A DNA stretch of 64,000 bases from Trichoplax sp. H2 (taxonomy: Eukaryota): assembly GCA_003344405.1 (NCBI GenBank), contig NOWV01000178.1:1-64000 (forward strand), given 5' to 3'. Shown in pieces: positions 50,101 through 64,000 of this stretch. Under the pieces are notes generated by a model. The model saw nothing but the letters and a program-made list of their open reading frames with translations, was not told the DNA's origin and ran no database searches. The position numbers were made by a program, and so were the translations under genes. How positions within the stretch are numbered: the stretch's first letter is position 1; each line of letters starts with the position of its first letter.

Positions 50101-53100
50101 ATAAGTTGATCTTGCTGTCCAATTAAGCTATCATTTCTATCACGTAGTAAAGCTCTGAATTGTCGATGATGATCAGTTTGATTTGGTAGAGTAACAAAAT
50201 AAACTGTTTTCAAGGAAGTGTTATTTTTATGCTGATGTGAGTAGTTTGAAATCACATCAAACATACCCGGAATCACCTGATCGATCTGTAACCCAATCTT
50301 ACCAATTCCAATAGCGGGAATTGCTATCGATTTCATCGATTCTTTATTAGCTTTTTCTAGGCAACATTTTAACTTGTCCTTTAACCACTGTAGTATGGGA
50401 TTTATCATAAAAATTACAATTACATATTCTCATTATGTAAGCCTATCCATTCTTAATACGAAATGGCAATTATAATTCAGAGGAGTTACAATAATTAATG
50501 AAAAGGTTTTGCTGACTTACTGAGATAGATTTGCAAGAGCTTAAGAATGGAATATGATACACTTTTTTACAGCCAAAAAAGCTTCCACTGGTGCTTCCAA
50601 TATCTTCAGCTCCTAAAGAATCTAACTGAGTTTTGCATTCAGAGTGATATTGCTTACCACCAGCTGTATATAATGCTTTGGCGATGGCACCTGATGCATA
50701 ATTTCGCAGACTTATAGAATTCACAATAACATCTGCCTGAAGATTTCACGTTAGTAATGCAAAAATGAAATTAATGTCATTCCTCTTGATACGTACCGTA
50801 TAAATATTTAACTTAACAAGTAAGGAAAGACATAGACAAAGCTTAACTTTTAATAATAATATCTAATATCTATAGTTTCAATTTTACATACATTTTTTGC
50901 TCCCTCTTTTTCAATTGTTCCTAAAAGCAAGTTAATATTGATGCGTTGTGTGTTTGATCTACTGCAAAAGATAATAAAAATAATAAAACAAGGCATAGAT
51001 ATTTATATGCAATCGCAGTACCTAAAATTAGTGAATGAAATGAGACTTTTTTATTTTCTCCTGTCAGATTACTAATATTAAATACGTGCCAATAACTAAT
51101 TATATGAGTGTAGGTAATATTTGCAGAAAACTTGAAGATGGATCATCATTTACTATCAATTCTAATAGAGAAGAATCTATTATAGGCAAAATTAGTTGGC
51201 GAGATTGAAATATAATGCTAATAATTGCACTTCCATAACATCTTGCTGAATTAATATTAATTTTCGATATTAAAAATTGACCAAGTATAGTAGCTATTTT
51301 GATTGTTTGAGTAGTGTTAAAAGTTCCTAAGCTGTATTATACAAGTATGAGCAATATTTAGTTAGAAGAAAGAGTCATGCATAATTAATGTTTATGAGAT
51401 AGAAATTGGATATCAAATATTTGCACTATTAAATCAGGATGCTAACAAATTCTAATTACTTATTGAACTACAGCCAATAAAAGGCTGCAATATTTTTCAA
51501 TAGATTTTAATGATGGACTAATTAACTTAAAATAGTAAGGTGCATCATCAATAAATGATTACTACCAAGTGCATACTAATTTACGGAATCGCTACGATAC
51601 TTGTTGAGTTTTCATAAAATGAATTTGTGACACACAAGATATATAAGATAAATTGGATTGTCAATAATTGAATTTAACCATGTCTACATTTCATTACAGC
51701 TTCTTAAATTGTACCTTCGGTGGTTTTCGTCTAGAGCGATAGCTAAACAGCTATTTAGATCTAGCAAATGTTTCAATTTCATTTGACTTTGGCCAGATAT
51801 CAAAAATCTTCCTAATTTAGAACTCTTACTAATAAAATGGTCTTTTCTAACAGTGATCGAGAGTAATATCTCGTAAATCTTGTTCAGAATAGTTTCCTTG
51901 TTCAATGGATTACATTGAATTTTAATTTGATGATGGCAGATGAATGCATAGGGACAATCTTTCTTATCCATTTTTTCAAATAGAATTTTGCAATCATGTT
52001 GATTTATAAGGATGGCAATTTCAGATTTCAAGTGCAATCGCAAGTATTCTATTCTCAAAGCTTTAATTGATTCGATAGTATAAGATGTTGAAGATTGCTA
52101 TTACAACATTAAAATTTGAATATTTATATAGATGTTGTTTTAATAGTATTTTAATACCTGATTCGGGTGTGTTGTTACGAAATGTTACATAGTGCTCATG
52201 GAAATAGTAACTTTCGAATGATTTTGATTTGGAAGATTTAGAACTGGAAGACAGCAATTTATTAATAAAACATTAACAAATAATATTCTAAATATTCATT
52301 TATATTTCTATAGCCTGCCAATCTAGCCTAATAGTAAAATATGAATACTACAACATTATACAAGTATATAATATAATATAATAGTTATCGTTCTGTTTTA
52401 TGTTTAACAAAATTAAAGATAATAATTTGTCAAATTATGATAACTATTAGCTGACAATGCTAATATTTATTGTATTCGTGAATAACAATTTCAGATTGCT
52501 TTTGATCTGACAATAATTATTGAACGTTATAGAATTAAAGACTGTACAAGATAAAGATATTTCATCTCGGTTTTTACTTTATGAAAGTTGGAGATAGTGA
52601 TTTGCTAGCAAACCCGTAGTTAGGTATTAATAAGCTTGATTATATCTTGACTGTACCAACTATCTGACAATTAATTTAGGCTAAATTAGTTTACGATGGA
52701 AATTTACTTTACTATAGCTTCTTGAAAAGAAGTTCTGTATAAACTTAATGATCACGATAAGGGTAGTTCACAATTTCATTATTTACTTTTAAACAGCATC
52801 TCTAAAATTTTACACAATCTGGTAGCTACTCCTGTACGATATAAAAAGCAATTTACTATCATTATTTTAATAGGTTTGTATTAAAAATTGAAGGTGAATA
52901 TATATCAATAAAGTGATAACTGATAATTTCAATACTGGCTGTTATATACAGACTTTCATATTTCTTCTCTTAACACTTATTGGACACGACAAATCAGTCA
53001 ATAGCGGTTTAGTTACCTTTGATTTAGAAAAGTATCGTTTGGTATGCCTGACGTCAACTGTTCATATTTTTTGGCATTATCTGATTGTTTGCACTCTTTT

Positions 53101-53980
53101 TTAGCCTTTAATCAACGAGTATTATATGATTAGAAATAAAACGCCTAAAAATTCAGCTAATGAAAGGTTTATCAAAGTTAATTTCATATTTCAAGATTAA
53201 TATATTGCTAGTTTTAGAGGATAATTTTTATGTAGGAATAGTTTGATGGTAATGGTAAATAACAAATAAAATCATGAAACTTGAGGCAATATTAGATGTT
53301 CCGAAGCGCAAAAGTAATATAGCAAGATAATGACAAGAATTCGTAATAGTAAGTAAACTTTGATAAATTGGAAGATATTATTGTCGTACCTTAATTAATG
53401 CACGATTTGACGGATTCTGATTATTATTTTTGCACTCTTCATCGCTACTGTTATCACTGATAGTGATATAAGTGATCGATTTTGCTGCAGTCTGGGCTTT
53501 AATTGTAGCTTTGGGAGAATAATTGAACGCGCTATTCCCTTGAACCTGATTGCCAGAGGTAGGAGATCGGTTAAAATTATTATTAAGCCTTCTTCGCTTG
53601 CTCTTAACAAAATAGGATGAATCTTTCCTTCTACAGTCTTCTTTTTCGCCTAGACTAGTAAATGGCGTCCTGTTTTGACTATTATCTTTACATTCTTCAT
53701 CACTATTGCTATCAGGGATAGTAATAAAAGTGATCGATTTTGCTTCAGTCTGGGCTTTGATTGTAGCTTTGGGAGAATAATCCAACGCCTTGTCGCCTTG
53801 AGCCTGATTGTTAGGGGTAAATCGGCCAAGACTGCCATTAAGTCTTCGCTTACAGTTAAAACGAGGGGATAAATGCTTCCATCTAAGGCGTTCTTTACCA
53901 CCTTGATTAGTAAATGGTGTCGAGGTGATAAGTATTTCTTTTCTTAAATTATTAGAACTTCCTATTGATAATCCTTCCAT
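47136..53980 (-). CDS. PARP14/PARP15-like macrodomain mono-ADP-ribosyltransferase, copy 2 (~1170 aa; start tentative). Exons 53980-53390, 53105-53017, 52243-52158, 52060-51715, 50961-50892, 50736-50521, 50387-48857, 48612-48286, 47392-47136
   Basis: Phase-consistent exons (3513 nt), several identical in length to copy 1 (86, 346, 216, 257 nt); same macro, WWE-like and ART motifs (LFHGT, GTYFA, NPSVFVVSNDNSAYPEYIVHV*). Confidence 0.85.
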
Positions 53981-56741
53981 TTCACCGTTTTCAACAAGAA
54001 AGCTTTTTACATCACTAAGCCATTAATTATTTGAAGAAAAGAAGATATCCTTGTTATGTAATCAATCACCATTAGTTGTGACAACCTCGTAATACTTGTC
54101 CAATAACTTTTTGATAAATTTCATACGTCTTCGTAACGAAAATTAGAGCTTAAGTTATTCTTACTATTAACTATAATACCACAAATACGCTTATTATAGA
54201 TAACATTCAGATTGATTAACTCTACTTAAAAAGGTAAATAACAGTTACGATCGATGGTGCAAGATTAACATTATCAATTACTTCGGGCTCAATTTAACAT
54301 AAATTACTTTATTCGTAAATATAGCTAAGCAGCACTCTAAATTGCAGAATTTGTAGATAATAGCATCACTCTTTAATCTAGCTAACTCCATGGTTACATA
54401 TTTAAATGATGATGCAAATTAAAATAAAGCCAATCACATCGCATAATTATGTTTACAATAGCAGTCTTTGGATTTATATTGGTCGAGCTGCAACCGCTAC
54501 GGCTATTTTCTATTATTAGTCATTGTTTCTGGCCATTTTCTGCAATATATTATAAAACTAAAAATTAGAGTGATTAAGATATCATCTAATAAGATCGCTG
54601 AATTTGCGTTATAAAATTCTGGAGCAATTGTGTCGATAACCTCCCAAACATTTACCTGTTGTCCATGAATAATATTTTGTAAATAAAACAACGCTAAATA
54701 TAAATTTATTAAACTGTACTTTTCAACACGCATACAAAATAATTTCAATATTATTTAAAATTTTAAAATGACCAAACTGTAAAATTTCGCAATGAAACTT
54801 TAATATTTTATTCATACGGTACTTGTTAAAAGCATAAGTCAATCTCAATTTGGGGAAAATACCATGAGAAAGTGCTTAAAGATTTGTTAGGACTCGATCT
54901 ATTTTACAGGCAAAAAATTTTTAAATTGACTTGACCCAAGTTAGGCAACTTTGTACTGGTAGTACAAACAATAATAATATAGTAACAGTAAAAGACTATT
55001 ACTCGGCCATTACAGTAGGTTTGATCGATTGGCATGAAATTTAGAACGATCGTACCGAAAGAAACAAATCTGCTTTCCACGCCGGCTGGCCTTATTTTGC
55101 AGACATTACTTACACTCGCCTGGCGTGTGTTAGAAACTCCTTATCCACAGATTCATCGTTTTTTTTTATTTCATTATTCTAAACTTCTATTCCAAATAAA
55201 ATCAACTAGCAAAAAATTTTTTAGATATATCTTCCTAAAATACGTTACCCCCACTAAATATAATTACAGCGATAACGTAAAGATTCCATCATTATTTAAT
55301 CGACAAACAGAAAGTTTTGCATATTTAACTACAGACACTCGAAGTATTTAGAATGTTGGAATATCGCGCAATGGCGCTTAGAGGATATGTTTTAAAGATT
55401 GACGAATTAGTCAGATCTGTTGTACTTTGATCACACTTTGCCTTGAGATTATTTGTTCATTTATGCCGGTAAAATAATTAATAAGATAATATTTTTACGT
55501 TGAAAAATATCATAAAATTACTTTAACCCCTACATACTCGTATTCAAGATTAATATCCAATTGCATAATCCAATGTGATCAGAATTAGATAAACTTGCAT
55601 TTAATGATCCAAAGGCATCTGTTATTTTTTACGTATTTCCATAAATGTCTTTTTGGTGAGCAAAGTAGAATGATGTAGTACATTTCCATTCACTCGATAT
55701 ATTATAGTTGAAGGTCGTTTTAAAATACAATTTTAACGGTAGTTAGATAGCTGTTGTGCTTATCCTACTCCACCCTTGAAAAATCATGCAAGCTTTTTCT
55801 ACTCTCACCGAGTTGCTCAAGATTACTGTCGCCGATTTCAGATATAACTAATACTTTTTCCATGTCTTTACAAGATATCTTAGCGAATGACTACAATAAA
55901 CCTAAACCCTTTTATTTGATAGATTATAATCACAACCGGCTATATTTTACCTCTTTTAAGGATAACCATTTAGTTTTCTATTTACCTTCATGTACAAGTT
56001 TCTCAGTATAAGTATTTTTTTAATTACACGTATGTTGTATACTAAATATTTGAATAGTTACAGCGATAGTACAGGATATCAGGAATCATTTGATAGGTGG
56101 GAAAATTTTTCTCTTTCTTACCACGGATATTCGAGGCATAGAGAATGCTAGGCTCTCGTAAAGCACTAATAGTAATTTCTAATGCCAAAAAGGAATGCGC
56201 AAGTAGTCCATTCGTAGTACCTACTAATAAACACGATTATGCTTCAAGTTGATGATTGATGAAATTACTTTTTTATTTGGATTAAAGGGCTAATAGGATA
56301 ACGTTTTGCTCACGTCAAGATATCATAAAATGACTACAACCATTACATAATAAAGGTGAAGGCCCTAATATAATAATGGTACTTAGTCCGGAATTAAAGA
56401 AAAAATCAAGTAGCGCAAGTTAAACGTAGGTCATCATACGTGTCATAAATTTTCATTTCCTACATTATTAAAAAGGCGTGACACAATTCGTATGCAAAAT
56501 TAATTATAAATCATGAGTACAGATTCCAAAGGAATAAACAAGTAGGCTTGCAGCTAAAATTTTTCTCATACATTTCTTTCAGAAACACTATCCCAATGGC
56601 ATTATATAGTTTTGTATGTAGAATTAATGACAAATTATGCGCACAAAATTCCCAAGAATAAACTATTAGAGTTGTAACCAAAATCTTCCTAAGTCAGCAC
56701 GTAAAATTTTTAAGTTAAAAATATTTGTATAGAGAATGGGT

Positions 56742-63455
<6,714 letters not shown>

Positions 63456-63559
63456 TTTGTCCTTCGATTGGTAATAGCAGCAAAGAACGAATAGTTAGGT
63501 AGTCTGCAAACTTTTGATTGATTGATTTATTTTGCTAGCAAACAAGAGCTGACGACGAT

Positions 63560-64000
63560 GGCTGCCCAACCAGCGAGTGGCGCGTGACCCAGGTTGGCCG
63601 ATGGTGTGATGGAATGACCCCTACGACGTGATACTGACTTGAAGCGTATGCAAATGACGCCTGGGCGTCATGCGTATATGTGACGTCGCATCATGAACGG
63701 AGCGTGGTGCTCACGTACTCCCCGTCGATCCTTTCTCTGCCTTGTCCAAGGCCATTTTCCTACTACAGTATGCTGACCAGGGTAGTGTTTGCGTACTCTA
63801 GCAGGGTACAGTCGGCCAACTTCGCAGTAGGGGGGCGTTGACAATTGAGGCAATTTGGTCGTTGGCAGTTGTACGGAAGGAAGTACGGATGGATGAGCGT
63901 TGCTACTGTAAAAAAAACTCGCTACTACAGTATACTGCCCAGGGTAGTGTTAGCGTACTCTAGCAGAGTTACACTCGGCCAACTTCGCAGTAGGGGGGCG
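63560..64000. promoter_or_regulatory. GC/CpG-rich putative promoter region upstream of UGP2
   Basis: Sharp rise in GC and CpG ~100 bp upstream of the first exon; ATGCAAAT (63648-63655), palindrome ATGACGCC-TG-GGCGTCAT (63654-63671), TGACGTC (63681). Confidence 0.6.
63760..64000. repeat. ~78-bp direct repeat, two copies (63760-63837, 63922-64000)
   Basis: CTACTACAGTAT(G/A)CTG(A/C)CCAGGGTAGTGTT(T/A)GCGTACTCTAGCAG...TCGGCCAACTTCGCAGTAGGGGGGCG in both; may continue past the window edge. Confidence 0.85.

Noticed and set aside
55034..56011. 105-aa and 85-aa ORFs between PARP copy 2 and UGP2
   Set aside because: No recognisable domain or splice support; compatible with chance.

Overview
AT-rich eukaryotic (animal) genomic DNA with short spliceosomal introns. 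Composition, compact introns and the single-exon GPCR family suggest a placozoan-like basal metazoan; this is inference, not proven. There are three blocks. (1) 1-30 kb, + strand: a tandem array of intronless rhodopsin-class 7TM receptors, with 5 intact ORFs, 1 single-frameshift copy and at least 5 pseudogenes or fragments, partly organised as a repeated A-B-C(pseudo) cassette. (2) 30-55 kb, - strand: a tandem duplication of a multi-exon PARP14/PARP15-like gene (macro, degenerate macro, KH-like, WWE-like and ART domains; H-Y-V triad), with a GPCR fragment at the junction and a decayed Helitron between the copies. (3) 56.7-63.5 kb, - strand: a 14-exon UDP-glucose pyrophosphorylase (UGP2) with a GC-AG intron and a GC-rich, repeat-bearing upstream region. 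At least four solo LTRs with 5-bp target-site duplications are present. All three 20-N gaps sit where one duplicated flank carries an LTR end and the other does not, which suggests heterozygous LTR insertions. Exon models were built by hand from splice motifs, phase and homology.
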